Source: Aureliella sp.
GTDB lineage: Bacteria > Planctomycetota > Planctomycetia > Pirellulales > Pirellulaceae
DNA: 64,000 nt
Direction: 5' to 3'
Assembly (NCBI GenBank): GCA_963691875.1
Contig: OY829846.1
Coordinates: 544,001 to 608,000, forward strand
How positions within the stretch are numbered: the stretch's first letter is position 1; each line of letters opens with the position of its first letter. This document shows positions 40,356 through 50,561 of this stretch, one piece after another. A program made the position numbers and the translations under genes. The notes beneath the pieces were generated by a model, which was not told the origin of the DNA, searched no databases, and was given only the letters and a program-made list of their open reading frames with translations.

Positions 40356-41888
40356 TCAGGAGTAGAAGAATCGTGTCAAGTGATAGAACACGGGTGCTGC
40401 AAAGCACAGTGTGTCGATGCGATCGAGGATTCCAGCGTGCCCGAGGACGAGAGAGCCATAATCGTTCACGCCACGATCTCGCTTGATGGCGCTCATGGCC
40501 ATGCCTCCGAACATGCCCATCGCACTGATGACCATCGCGATACACGCCGACTCCCAGAATGTGAAGGGCGTGACCCAAAAGAGCGCGGATCCAACCAGGC
40601 CCGTGCTGAGCGTTCCGCCAAGAAATCCTTCCCAGGTTCGACTGGTGCTAATTTCGGGAGCAATAATGCGTTTTCCTGCAAAATGCCCCCAAGTCCACTG
40701 TAAGATGTCGGAGAGCTGCGAAATGAGAATGAGGTAGAAGAGCAAGCCTGCGGTACTTCCATCAAATGCTTGGCCAGAACTAAAACGGAGTTTCATGTTC
40801 AGCAATGCCGGTGCATAGCTCAAAGAATAGACACAAATCAGCAAACCAAAGGTGATCTGGGCAGAACGCTCTAAGAAGCGCTTGTGGTCACCTGAGATTG
40901 CAATTCGAGCCGGTATATACAGACTTGCGTAAACCGGAATCATGATGCTGTAGAGGCCGTAAAAGTCAATTAGCCTACCAGTCGTCCAGCTTTTCACGCC
41001 CCAGGCCTCCAATCCAATAAGCATGTATTGCAACGGCGTGAAGACAATCAAGGCAAGGAATAGAGCTCTATGGTCTCCGCGTCGTGTCGGTGCCATCGTG
41101 ATGAACTCACGCAAAGCCCAGAAGGATACGAGTCCAAAGATCACGATCACGCCGAATGATCCGAGAAGCAGTCCGAACACCAACATCGCACACATCATGA
41201 TCCAGGCATTGACTCGTTGTCGAAAACGCCGAATCAAGGCGGCGTTGACTTTTTCAGAAGACTGACGCTTGAGGTAAAAACCAACCACGTAGGAAACAAC
41301 GAGGATTGCTAGGACAACGCCAAGCAGAATGTTGGTTCGGAGATTGTTTAAGCCAAAATTCTGACCACCTCGTTGCAAGGTCACTTGGCCCGATGCTGGT
41401 AGCATCGGTGGCGTAGCCTGAGGTTGGGTGTTAAAAGAACTGACAGTCGAGCTCTCCGTCGCTTCGTCCTTGCTCTCTTCTTTGCTGGATTCGTTACTCG
41501 CCGAATCGGCTTTAGAGGCCCCCCCTTCGTCTAATTTGGACTCCGATTGGGAATCAGGATCTTCGGCAGATGATGCATTGAGATCTGAAGCTTCAGCGTG
41601 AGAGGCTGAATCGCCGCTGCCGCTTTCGCTGGAATCGGCTGCCATGGTGGAGATTGGCTCTTCCGCTTCGTTCACGACATCCTCGGAATCCACCGTGGAC
41701 TTCGCGTCTGTTTCCAACGTTATCGCTTCTTGTTCAGCGAGTAAAATTGGCGAAAGCGTGACAGAAAGCACAAGGATCGCCAACCACAACTGGAGTAACC
41801 CCGTTGAGAGAAGAAAGGCGAACTTGAAGAGGCTCGCACGCTGGACTTCAGCGCATCCCAAAGACAAATTCACAGCGACTCGATTCAA
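40356..41888 (-). CDS. phosphatidate cytidylyltransferase (YnbB-like) with long low-complexity N-terminal extension
   Basis: SFWALREF, SDILQW..G...GKR.IAP.IS..RTWEG, SAIKRDRGVNDYG and GHAGILDRIDTL motifs. Start uncertain. Confidence 0.85.
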   Translation of the reverse strand: MNRVAVNLSLGCAEVQRASLFKFAFLLSTGLLQLWLAILVLSVTLSPILLAEQEAITLETDAKSTVDSEDVVNEAEEPISTMAADSSESGSGDSASHAEASDLNASSAEDPDSQSESKLDEGGASKADSASNESSKEESKDEATESSTVSSFNTQPQATPPMLPASGQVTLQRGGQNFGLNNLRTNILLGVVLAILVVSYVVGFYLKRQSSEKVNAALIRRFRQRVNAWIMMCAMLVFGLLLGSFGVIVIFGLVSFWALREFITMAPTRRGDHRALFLALIVFTPLQYMLIGLEAWGVKSWTTGRLIDFYGLYSIMIPVYASLYIPARIAISGDHKRFLERSAQITFGLLICVYSLSYAPALLNMKLRFSSGQAFDGSTAGLLFYLILISQLSDILQWTWGHFAGKRIIAPEISTSRTWEGFLGGTLSTGLVGSALFWVTPFTFWESACIAMVISAMGMFGGMAMSAIKRDRGVNDYGSLVLGHAGILDRIDTLCFAAPVFYHLTRFFYS

Positions 41889-42073
41889 TCAACGGCAGAG
41901 AAGCCAAGGTTGGGCCAGCAGTTGGCTCCGAAGCACAATTGGAACAATTTAGGTTAGTCGCTGCCTTCTGTCCAACCTGGCTGAAGTTTCAACAGGCAAT
42001 TCTGAGCTGCACTTCGCGAGAGCTGCTTCTCTCGTGGTCGAGGAACGCAAGTCAAAAAGGCGTGAATGAAGAA

Positions 42074-42499
42074 TTAACTCAACATCGAGCAAGGTCGATA
42101 GTTCTGAAGCTGCTTGATCTTTACTCTGATCTCTTTAACAGCATCTCAAAGTCGTTCGACAGACTCGTCGGTCGGAATGCCGATATCGTCACAGGGGACA
42201 TCTGTTGCCGTTGTTTCAAAAGCATCCTCTGCAAATTTGACGGCGATGCGGAAGTTCCCAACGAATTCTCCAGCGTCCTCAAGTTTGCGGACGTCACCTT
42301 GTAGCTTGGGTACATCACTTTTGTTCCGAAGCCAGCCGGTGCAGTTATGCAAGAACGTGATGACATGGTTGACCGCGGATGGAATACCTAGCCAAGCTTT
42401 CGCAGGATCCGTGGCAGAAACTCCGCTAGACGAATCACATCCCGCCCAAACGCAAGAGAAGACAAGTACCTAGGAAAAGGTCCTAATAAAGCTCGTCAT
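42074..42499 (-). pseudogene. putative lipoprotein with two in-frame stops
   Basis: Single frame MTSFIRTFS*VLVFSCVWAGCDSSSG...VERL*DAVKEIRVKIKQL, with lipobox WAGC and stops at 42470 and 42146. Confidence 0.45.
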
Positions 42500-42614
42500 A
42501 ACTGATTCCGCAATTGATGGTGTGAATTCTTCTAGTTAGTGAATGGCGCTCATGGCGCTAGTGTCGTCTAGGCGGCGAATTTATGATGAAGTGCTTGAAT
42601 TGATGTAGCGAATC

Positions 42615-42905
42615 TCAATCAGAAAACTTGCCAAGTGGCGACGACTGAACGCGGCCAGCCTCGACATTAACACCTTCTGCTCGAAGCAATTCCGTTTGGC
42701 GACCTCGATGTTTCCCGTGCAGATTGCCGTCACTGCGTACCACACGCCACCAGGGCATGTCGACCAGGGACTTGGAAAGGAATCTTCCAACGGCCCGCGA
42801 CGCTTTCGCGCGTCCAGCGCGGGCAGCGATACATCCATAGCTAACAACTTCGCCTTTTTCAAGCGAGGCAATTGCTAGTAGGATCTCGCGTTCAAATTCC
42901 GTCAT
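42615..42905 (-). CDS. alkyltransferase-like (Atl/YbaZ-type MGMT family) protein
   Basis: GEVVSYG, RAVG, PWWRVV (Trp replaces the catalytic Cys of PCHRV) and LLRAEGV motifs. Confidence 0.85.
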   Translation of the reverse strand: MTEFEREILLAIASLEKGEVVSYGCIAARAGRAKASRAVGRFLSKSLVDMPWWRVVRSDGNLHGKHRGRQTELLRAEGVNVEAGRVQSSPLGKFSD

Positions 42906-43437
42906 CGACAAGACGGCTCTGAATGAGTTTGCGATGCAAACGCTCGATTACCGGGCGTTGGAAGATTCGGGGGTTAGCATGTGGGCGAGCTTCCAGGATT
43001 GTCCGCTGGGCTTCTTCCAATGCTTGGTTACCGAAGCGAACAAGCCACCAAAGAACAATGGTAGCACTACGAGCTCTTCCCGCCTTGCAGTGCACGTAGA
43101 CCTTTCCGCCCGATTCGGTATGTCGCTGGATGAATTCAGCTCCCGCCTCAACCGACTCTTCGCTTGGGTGATGAAAGTCGGTGGTTGGAATCCAAAGTTG
43201 TTCGATCCCGAGTCGCTCGTACTCCGCGATCGGACCGCGCATTTCTTCGCAAGTATTGACGACGCCGGTGACTCCCAAGTCTGAGAATCGCTGCGGATCA
43301 CCTGGCAGCGGCCTGGCACCCAGAATTAGGTGGTCGTTGATCGGATCCCACCATCGACGAACATGTAAGACACGTCCAAGCAGGAAGTTATACCCGAGAG
43401 TCGGGTAGTAGATGGCTCGGGCAATCCAAGCTTTCAT
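42892..43437 (-). CDS. dual-specificity phosphatase, PTPMT1-like
   Basis: VYVHCKAGRARSAT active-site loop and PTPMT1-like N-terminus (ARAIYYPTLGYN). Confidence 0.85.
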   Translation of the reverse strand: MKAWIARAIYYPTLGYNFLLGRVLHVRRWWDPINDHLILGARPLPGDPQRFSDLGVTGVVNTCEEMRGPIAEYERLGIEQLWIPTTDFHHPSEESVEAGAEFIQRHTESGGKVYVHCKAGRARSATIVLWWLVRFGNQALEEAQRTILEARPHANPRIFQRPVIERLHRKLIQSRLVDDGI

Positions 43438-43477
43438 GACAACTCTTTAAGTGTGCTAGCCGTCCAAGCTTGCGAAC

Positions 43478-44071
43478 TTAGGCAGTTCCCGCCGGATTGA
43501 AGTACTCGGGCTCTGCGCCTTGCTTCCACTTGATGTTGCAACCAATCGAAGGTTTTTGTGGCTCGGCGACACACTCTCCAGCTAGCATCGCATCCAGTGC
43601 GGCTCTCAGGTCCTTGCCGTCCGGTACGCTTCCTTCTTTAGGACGCGAGTCATCAAGCTGCCCTCGATAGACTAGTTTTAGCTCTGCGTCGAACAGGTAG
43701 AAGTCCGGCGTGCAAGCGGCACGGTATGCCTGAGCCACGGTCTGATCGTCGTCGACCAAGTAAGGGAAGTTGTACCCCTGTTCAGCCGCTTCCGTCTTCA
43801 TGAGCTCTGGTGCGTCGTCTGGATAGTTCTCTACATCGTTGCTGCTTATCCCGACAACGGCAACGTCCTTGCTGGTGTAATCGTTCGCTAGGCGAGCAAG
43901 CTCAGGTGCCACGTGCTTTACATAAGGGCAGTGGTTGCACATGAAGATGACGAGCAAACCCTTCTTCGTTCGGAAGTCATTGAGGCTTACCGTTTTGCCA
44001 TCAAAGTCCGGCAAGGAAAAGTCCGGGGCAGCTGTCCCGAGTGGCAACATCGTACTGGCAGTTCGAACCAT
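43478..44071 (-). CDS. thioredoxin/AhpC-TSA-family protein
   Basis: APDFSLPD, CNHCPYV, ACTPDF, YRGQLDD and SIGCNIKW motifs, with SD before MVRTAS. Confidence 0.9.
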   Translation of the reverse strand: MVRTASTMLPLGTAAPDFSLPDFDGKTVSLNDFRTKKGLLVIFMCNHCPYVKHVAPELARLANDYTSKDVAVVGISSNDVENYPDDAPELMKTEAAEQGYNFPYLVDDDQTVAQAYRAACTPDFYLFDAELKLVYRGQLDDSRPKEGSVPDGKDLRAALDAMLAGECVAEPQKPSIGCNIKWKQGAEPEYFNPAGTA

Positions 44072-44119
44072 CCATCCTTCTCCTGAGCTCAAAAACCGAC
44101 GGAAGAGTGCTTTCCAGGG

Positions 44120-44404
44120 CTATTCAGTGCGGCTTGTGATTTCCAGCAAGTGGTAGCCGAACTGCGTCTGGACTGGACCGTGCACCGTGTTTATTTCGCC
44201 GCTGAAGACCACTTCATCAAACTCGCGAACCATCTGTCCTGGCCCGAACTCACCAAGCTCGCCGCCATTGGCTCCAGACGGGCAGGACGAGTTTTCGGCT
44301 GCGACTGCGGCAAAATCAGCTCCGCCTTCGATCTGTGATTTCAATTCCAAACAGCGCTCTTCGCTGTCAACCAGAATGTGTCGTGCTGAGGCTTTCTTGG
44401 CCAT
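44120..44404 (-). CDS. ppiC: parvulin peptidyl-prolyl isomerase
   Basis: ARHILV, SSCPSG..GGELG.F.PGQMV.EF and PVQTQFGYHL motifs. Confidence 0.9.
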   Translation of the reverse strand: MAKKASARHILVDSEERCLELKSQIEGGADFAAVAAENSSCPSGANGGELGEFGPGQMVREFDEVVFSGEINTVHGPVQTQFGYHLLEITSRTE

Positions 44405-44711
44405 CATTCTTCTCCGAGAAAAGTTATCTTTCCGCGGATAATCTAACACCAGTCGAGTCGCCGCGATAGGTCCAGTCCTAACGCGTGGTCCTATATGGCT
44501 AAGTCGGTCCAATCTCGCCTCGTCCAAAGCTGGCCCAGTCGATTTTACCGCTTCTGTCCTACTCTCGCGAACTAACTGAATTGCAGCCGCTCAAAATCGC
44601 CACAATCGCTAATCTCGCAATCAAGGATGAACCAACGCGCTGCTCTGGGGGTGTATTTCACATCCACGCCGCATCGCACGATCTAGAGTTCGGCATCGCA
44701 AATCCGTAGAT

Positions 44712-45734
44712 ATGTCGCGTCCCCGACCGCGAGCCATGAATTACGCAACTGATCCAGAATCAATCGTCATACTTATCCTCAGCTGTCTTACAGCCTTGGC
44801 TGTAGGAGGTTTGGTGGGATTTCTTAGTGGCCGCTGTTTTACGCTTCTGCATGAGCCCCGTCAGCTACGCAAAGACCGTGAGAGAACTCTGGAAGCACTC
44901 ACGTCTTTGCTTAGCAGCACACATAAGCTCAACGAGGATGTTGACGTTCACAATGCGGCTCTGGTTGAGGCTGAACGTGATCTGTCTGCAATTCAAGCTG
45001 ATGGCGATGTCGAGAATCTCCAGTCCCGCTTGCTTACCGACATCACTTCAATGGTGCAGTCGAATCGAAAGTTGGAAAACGAGTTGGTACAAAGCCGTTA
45101 CCAGCTTGAAAAACAAGCGGAAGAGCTCGACAAACGCAAGAGAGAAGCGAGGACCGATGGTCTTTGCCAAGTGGGGAACCGCAAAGCCTTTGATGAGGCT
45201 ATGCAATACCTGATGTCTAAGATGATGGCCAAGGGCCGCTGCTTTGCCCTGATGTTGATCGATGTTGATAAATTTAAGCGGATTAACGATACATTCGGGC
45301 ATTCCGCTGGTGACGGAGTACTTGTAGAAATTGGCGACGCATTGAAATCGAGTGTTCGGCCTGGTGATATTGTCTGTCGACTTGGCGGCGACGAATTCGC
45401 TGTTTTGCTGGACAACACCAGCGAAGAAGAAGTGGCTCTTGTTGGCTCTCGCATCCGTGCCTACATCGAAAACCTTGATTTCGTGGTCGGAGATCAGAAC
45501 GAAACGACGGTCGTCACCATGAGCATGGGTCTCACGTCAGTTCGAGAGAACGATTCTCCAAGGACGATTTACGATCGTGCAGACGAGGCGTTATACGAGT
45601 CGAAGACTCAAGGTCGCAATCGTTTGACGATGCGGTTGAGCTACAAAGTGGAAGAGGTCGAACAGGAGGAACTCGAGCAAAAGAGCTACGAGGAACTCAA
45701 GGCCGAGATAATGGCTCAAGGCCAAACCACATAA
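44712..45734 (+). CDS. membrane-anchored diguanylate cyclase
   Basis: N-terminal TM, coiled coil, DVDKFKRINDTFGHSAGD, I-site RPGD and GGDEF. Confidence 0.92.
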   Translation: MSRPRPRAMNYATDPESIVILILSCLTALAVGGLVGFLSGRCFTLLHEPRQLRKDRERTLEALTSLLSSTHKLNEDVDVHNAALVEAERDLSAIQADGDVENLQSRLLTDITSMVQSNRKLENELVQSRYQLEKQAEELDKRKREARTDGLCQVGNRKAFDEAMQYLMSKMMAKGRCFALMLIDVDKFKRINDTFGHSAGDGVLVEIGDALKSSVRPGDIVCRLGGDEFAVLLDNTSEEEVALVGSRIRAYIENLDFVVGDQNETTVVTMSMGLTSVRENDSPRTIYDRADEALYESKTQGRNRLTMRLSYKVEEVEQEELEQKSYEELKAEIMAQGQTT

Positions 45735-45975
45735 ATCTCAGAGGTGACTCGGGCTGAAACGCAAATTCCGACCCCCTACCGCACCTCGAGTGGGTCTCCA
45801 ATCTCACCGAAATCAGCCATCTGAGTCGGAATTTTGTCCGTTCTGCGAAGTTTTTTTGTCTTCCCGCACACCTCCTGACGATTTTTTTGTATTCTCAAGG
45901 GGAGTCGCAAAAACCCTACCAATGCTATCCCGCTCGGGACAAGCATCTTCTATCTCACCAAATTGGAGATTAATA

Positions 45976-46446
45976 ATGTTTCGACGCTTTTTCCTTCCCG
46001 CTGCTGTGTTCTGCTTCGGTATGGCTGCTTTCGCCGTTGCTGCTGCTCCAGAAGACGCACTGAAGGGCGTTAAGTGCCTGATGGTTGCAAAGAAGGGCGC
46101 GAATGCCGCACAGTCTGCAGAATGGAAGAAGGGCAAAGTCTACTTTTGCTGCGGTGGCTGCAAAGGCAAGTTTGAGAAGATGGACGACAAGGCCAAGTCG
46201 AAGCTGGCTGCGGCGGCCAACCACCAGCTTGTTGCAACCAATCAGTATGTTCAGAAGGCATGTCCAATCTCTGGTGGCAAGCTGAATGACGCTCAAAGCA
46301 TCACCGTCAATGGCGCCAAAGTCAGCTTCTGCTGCGGCAACTGCAAGGCCAAGGCTGAAAAGATGGACGCCAAGGACCAAGTTGCTGAGCTGTTCAGCGA
46401 GGCAGCTTTCAAGAAATCTAAGTACGAGCCAGCTAAGAAGAGCTAG
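45976..46446 (+). CDS. secreted Lys-rich protein with two YHS/TRASH-like Cys motifs
   Basis: GGAG SD, signal peptide, and VYFCCGGC and VSFCCGNC repeats, each preceded by a further Cys. Confidence 0.75.
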   Translation: MFRRFFLPAAVFCFGMAAFAVAAAPEDALKGVKCLMVAKKGANAAQSAEWKKGKVYFCCGGCKGKFEKMDDKAKSKLAAAANHQLVATNQYVQKACPISGGKLNDAQSITVNGAKVSFCCGNCKAKAEKMDAKDQVAELFSEAAFKKSKYEPAKKS

Positions 46447-46505
46447 CCTGCACTTTCGAAACCTCGCTTACGTGAGTAACAAAATGCGAGGAACTAAGGA
46501 GTTTC

Positions 46506-46540
46506 AAAACACGAGTCGTGTACGCGGTTCGTGTTTTTTT
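46506..46540 (+). terminator. intrinsic terminator
   Basis: AAAACACGAGTCG...CGGTTCGTGTTTTTTT hairpin with U-tract. Confidence 0.65.
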
Positions 46541-46585
46541 AGGCGCTCGTTGCACATCTCCTATTCAAATTCCCGCAAGCAAGCG

Positions 46586-47269
46586 TCAAGCGATAGCTCT
46601 CCAGGCGTACAAAGTTCCAAGAATCGTTTGCATATGAAACAGCTCCTGGACATCCTGAAAGCCAGCTGTCTCCAGCAAGTGTGGTAACCGACCCGTTGCA
46701 TTATCAGCCGTTTGCCGCCAACCATCCAAACTACGGACCACGAGAAAGCCTGTTGCGGCCAGAATGTGCGAAGGACGACCGTAATCCATCAGATACAGCG
46801 AGCTTCCAGGCCGGAGGATGCGTCGGAGCTCACCAAGCGTGCCTTTCTTTTCTTCCGCTGTAAGGTGATGAAAGACAAGCGAGCAGGTGCATGCATCGAA
46901 AAAGTTGGATGCATGGGGTAACCTTGGTCCGTGATGACAAAGTAAGTCGATGCTTGCAGAATATCGATCGTATGCATGCTCCAACTTCGATTCGGCTTGG
47001 CGAAGAATTCTTTCGTCTGCGTCAACACCAACAAAGCGTAAGCCACCGTAACCCAGTCTCTTCGCACGATCAGCCATGGCGGAAAGCAGTGTGCCACTAC
47101 CACAGCCGAAATCAAGAACCTGCTGGTTGGATTCAAATTCGATTTCCTCCAACAGCAACTGCTTCGACCTTCCCTCGCGAGTGCATAATGCGACCAACGG
47201 ATCGTATAGCGGCAAAAGCCAGTGTACGCCCGTCGCCGGCACAAACGAAGATTTTGCTAAACGCCGCAA
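46586..47269 (-). CDS. class I SAM-dependent methyltransferase
   Basis: VLDFGCGSG, GVD, SLVFHHL and RILRPG motifs. Confidence 0.88.
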   Translation of the reverse strand: MRRLAKSSFVPATGVHWLLPLYDPLVALCTREGRSKQLLLEEIEFESNQQVLDFGCGSGTLLSAMADRAKRLGYGGLRFVGVDADERILRQAESKLEHAYDRYSASIDLLCHHGPRLPHASNFFDACTCSLVFHHLTAEEKKGTLGELRRILRPGSSLYLMDYGRPSHILAATGFLVVRSLDGWRQTADNATGRLPHLLETAGFQDVQELFHMQTILGTLYAWRAIA

Positions 47270-47465
47270 AGGGAATTAACGTTACGAGAGACAGGTAGAT
47301 GGGGAACTGTTTCCGCCGAGCAGTGAGAATACGATATCGTGAGCTGCTCAACGCTTTAAGCGCGAACTAAGGCGGCTGCTCTCGCATCATAGGTAGTTAG
47401 CTTAACTTGCCAATCCACGAAGAGTCTTGCACGAAAGAATGGTTAGTACTTCGCGCCAGCCTTGA

Positions 47466-48923
47466 TTGACATATATCGTGGTAGGGGTGTACTCGTCGAC
47501 AAGCCTCTTTTCACGAGTGGTTGAAAGAAAGACGCGTGCGAGACCTGGTTTTGGACAATCACAAGACGGAAAAGTATTGAGCGGCTCGGAAGTAGAAGAA
47601 GCCCGCGGACCTGAGACGCTCCGAACGGCTGCGTTGGAGATAGAAGCCAATGGATCGCAGCCAGTGGTCGCCAAGGAGGACCTTGCAAAGCCTTTTGCGC
47701 CACTGAAGATACCACTCTTTCGTAGCTTCTGGATCGCAGGGCTGATTTCGAACCTCGGAACATGGATGCATGAAACTGGTGCTCAATGGTTGATGACTTC
47801 GCTTGTGCCAAGTCCCGAGATGGTTTCCGCCGTTCGAACCTCAATGACCATTCCGATCTTCTTTCTGGCTTTACCCGCCGGAGTATGGGCAGATCGGTTC
47901 GACCGCAGGAAATGGCTACTTGGTACCCAGACTGTCCTGCTTTTGATTGCTACTCTGATTGCAGCTCTCGCCTACATGCAGTGGATGTCGCCTTGGCTAC
48001 TTCTTGTGCTAACGGCGGCAATGGGAATCGGAATGATTTTGAATCAGCCGGCGTGGCAGTCACTTACACCAGAGCTAGTTCCCCCAGCCCTGGTTCCCTC
48101 GGCGGTCTCAGTCGGCAGTATTTCCTTTAACTTGGCACGATCTCTCGGACCACTGCTTGCAGGATTTCTCGTTGCAGTAGTCGGCATATGGTGCCCCTTT
48201 GTTTTCAACGCCGTTTCCTTCCTCGCGGTGATAGTGGTTTTGCTCTCCTGGAGGGAATCAGCGAGTGAAAGCGAGACGAAAGAGAAAGCACAACCAAGAG
48301 CGCGAAGTAAGCCGCGATTTTGGGATGAGCTGCGAAAGGGGCTGTTCGTTGTTCGCAACTCCAAAGAACTACGGAATGTCCTTCTGAGAGTTTTTATGTT
48401 TGCTATGCCTGCCAGCATTTTGTGGAGCTTGCTTCCGCTCGTTGCGACTGAAAAGCTTGGATTCAAGGAACTCGGTTTCGGTTTCTGTTTCGGCGTTATC
48501 GGAGCTGGGGCAGTCGCTGGGGCAGTTGTGCTTCCATACCTGCGAACCAAGCTATCGAGCGAGTTAATTGTGCTCGCCGCCCAACTCTTGTTTGCCGCAC
48601 TCATCATGCTGATTGGTGCCACTACAAGTGCAGTTGTGATCGTGCCTGCGTTGACCCTGATCGGAACTTGCTGGATGGCATCTATGACAACCTTCAATGC
48701 AACTGCGCAAGTGTATTTGCCGCGCACGTTTCGGGCTCGGGGAATGTCGGCCTTCATGATGTCCTTTGCGCTGGCCATTGCCCTTGGTTCACAGATCTGG
48801 GGTTGGCTGGCTTACGGGACAAGCCTGAGTTGGGCCTACATTGCAGCGGGCTGCCTAATGGTTTTAGCATGTATTGCGGCTCATCCTTTGCAGATTGGCT
48901 CTTTGCAACTTGCCGAGAATTAG
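47466..48923 (+). CDS. MFS transporter (MFS_3/DUF894-like)
   Basis: FRSFWIAGLISNLGTWM, GVWADRFDRR, PAWQS and FNLARSLGP motifs. Start uncertain. Confidence 0.88.
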   Translation: MTYIVVGVYSSTSLFSRVVERKTRARPGFGQSQDGKVLSGSEVEEARGPETLRTAALEIEANGSQPVVAKEDLAKPFAPLKIPLFRSFWIAGLISNLGTWMHETGAQWLMTSLVPSPEMVSAVRTSMTIPIFFLALPAGVWADRFDRRKWLLGTQTVLLLIATLIAALAYMQWMSPWLLLVLTAAMGIGMILNQPAWQSLTPELVPPALVPSAVSVGSISFNLARSLGPLLAGFLVAVVGIWCPFVFNAVSFLAVIVVLLSWRESASESETKEKAQPRARSKPRFWDELRKGLFVVRNSKELRNVLLRVFMFAMPASILWSLLPLVATEKLGFKELGFGFCFGVIGAGAVAGAVVLPYLRTKLSSELIVLAAQLLFAALIMLIGATTSAVVIVPALTLIGTCWMASMTTFNATAQVYLPRTFRARGMSAFMMSFALAIALGSQIWGWLAYGTSLSWAYIAAGCLMVLACIAAHPLQIGSLQLAEN

Positions 48924-49007
48924 TCGTAAGCCGGCGAAGCGAGGATTGGACGTTTTTCAGTCAGCATGAAGAAAGCGTAGAAACCAGCTAGGCTACGACG
49001 GCTATTA

Positions 49008-49037
49008 TTGACTTTTAGACAAGAAATATGGGATACT
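49008..49037 (+). promoter_or_regulatory. sigma70-like promoter upstream of infC leader
   Basis: TTGACT-N18-GATACT with TG upstream of the -10 element. Confidence 0.4.
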
Positions 49038-49253
49038 GGGGAATTACCCGCAGTATAGGGGGCGATAAGCCTCCCTAGAATGCAATACTCACCAAGAGTG
49101 CTCTCTCAGTAGGCTAGGCGTAATCGAGTCATTTCTGGAATGCCGCCTCAGCATTTTGAGAAGCACTTGTAGAGCTTTTCGACAGTAGTCGATGGACGGC
49201 TACCTCCTCTCTTATTCTGAGGGAGAAATTTGTCTCCGAGTTCTTATTCCTAA

Positions 49254-49814
49254 TTGACAGGGGGAATTTACAACAACGTGCCACCGCCAAGACACCGTTC
49301 AAACGAGAGGAACCAAGATCAGACTCGTATTAACAACAACATTAGAGAGCGACAGGTCCGCGTAATCAGCGCGGATGGTGAGCAGCTGGGGATTCTGCCC
49401 ATTGATGCTGCCCTAGAGAAAGCACAGGAAGTTGGGCTGGATCTAGTTGAAGTCGCGGCCAATTCAAAACCGCCTGTTTGTCGAATCATGGATTACGGCA
49501 AATACAAGTACGAGAAGAGCAAAAAGAAACAGAGCTCTTCCTCTGGCAGCCACGGCAAGCTGAAGGAGATTCGCTTGCGTCCCAAGACGGGTGACCACGA
49601 CATTGACTTCAAGGTGAAGCAAGCAGTCGGTTTCCTGAAGCATAAAGACAAAGTGCAAGTCTCAGTTATTTTCCGAGGCCGGGAGATGGCACACATCGAA
49701 GAAGGCCGGCGTGTAATGGAAGGCGTTTTGGAAGAACTGCTTGAGCACGGGAAGCTGGAGTCGAATCCACAGCAGATGGGCAAGCGGATGATGGCAACGG
49801 TGTCTCCGAAGTAA
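49254..49814 (+). CDS. infC: translation initiation factor IF-3
   Basis: [40 protein letters not shown] and FRGREM motifs. The start is non-ATG (TTG 49254 or GTG 49278). Confidence 0.95.
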   Translation: MTGGIYNNVPPPRHRSNERNQDQTRINNNIRERQVRVISADGEQLGILPIDAALEKAQEVGLDLVEVAANSKPPVCRIMDYGKYKYEKSKKKQSSSSGSHGKLKEIRLRPKTGDHDIDFKVKQAVGFLKHKDKVQVSVIFRGREMAHIEEGRRVMEGVLEELLEHGKLESNPQQMGKRMMATVSPK

Positions 49815-49885
49815 GAGCGTGATTTTCACCGCTTGGCATTGACTACAGATTGGTGACCCGAAGCATAGAAACAATACGATTCGAT

Positions 49886-49915
49886 AAGGGCGTAGCACTG
49901 GTGCTACGCCCTTTC
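49886..49915 (+). terminator. intrinsic terminator after infC
   Basis: AAGGGCGTAGCA-CTGG-TGCTACGCCCTT perfect 12-bp stem. Confidence 0.75.
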
Positions 49916-50058
49916 TCGTTTCGGGAGAAAGCCCTTCCTCGACCGTGTCTTGAGCCGGTCTCGATGTTTCCCTGACATGAGCCCACAAAGCCTCAAATTC
50001 ACGTTGACTGTTTTATTCCGGTAGAAGGGGGATGTTCATCCTGAAAGTCTCGGATTGA

Positions 50059-50364
50059 ATGCAGGGGGTTCGCAAGAACCGACCAAGCTGGACGGCTTCT
50101 GCTATCGAAAATCCATTCGAATCTCCGTCCGTAACTCCCGAGCCGGTAACTAACGTATACCCTGTTCCGAGAATTGTCCTCGCTGCAATCAATTTCGAAG
50201 TAGCAGTGCTCTTCGCCATCTCGATCGTAATTAGTTTCATCGCACCTAAAACGCCGCGACCATTTTTCGGCGGCATCTTGTTCGCTAAACCAATAGCTTG
50301 GTTAGCGATTCGCAAGTGGATCGTTCTCTATCACCATCGTGCTTCAACGGAACGCGAACTTTAG
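50059..50364 (+). CDS. possible small membrane protein (NPFESP motif)
   Basis: Planctomycete-style NPFESP motif followed by hydrophobic segments. May be a remnant. Confidence 0.3.
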   Translation: MQGVRKNRPSWTASAIENPFESPSVTPEPVTNVYPVPRIVLAAINFEVAVLFAISIVISFIAPKTPRPFFGGILFAKPIAWLAIRKWIVLYHHRASTEREL

Positions 50365-50561
50365 ATTGCTAACCTTGCCGGTGGAAAACTAACCGCTTTG
50401 GGGCTCGTTGTAAATCTTGGAAAGACGCAATCTGGTGACAAACAATCAGTATAGAAATTGCGATCTGGCTTGCGCTGATTGGCAGCACAATCACTTTATA
50501 TCTCCTTGTGTCTAGTTGGTGTCTTTACGATGGATGCGTTCTAACAACCACAACTCTTGGT

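Noticed and set aside
48044..48778. 244-aa minus-strand ORF
   Set aside because: Antisense shadow of the MFS transporter.
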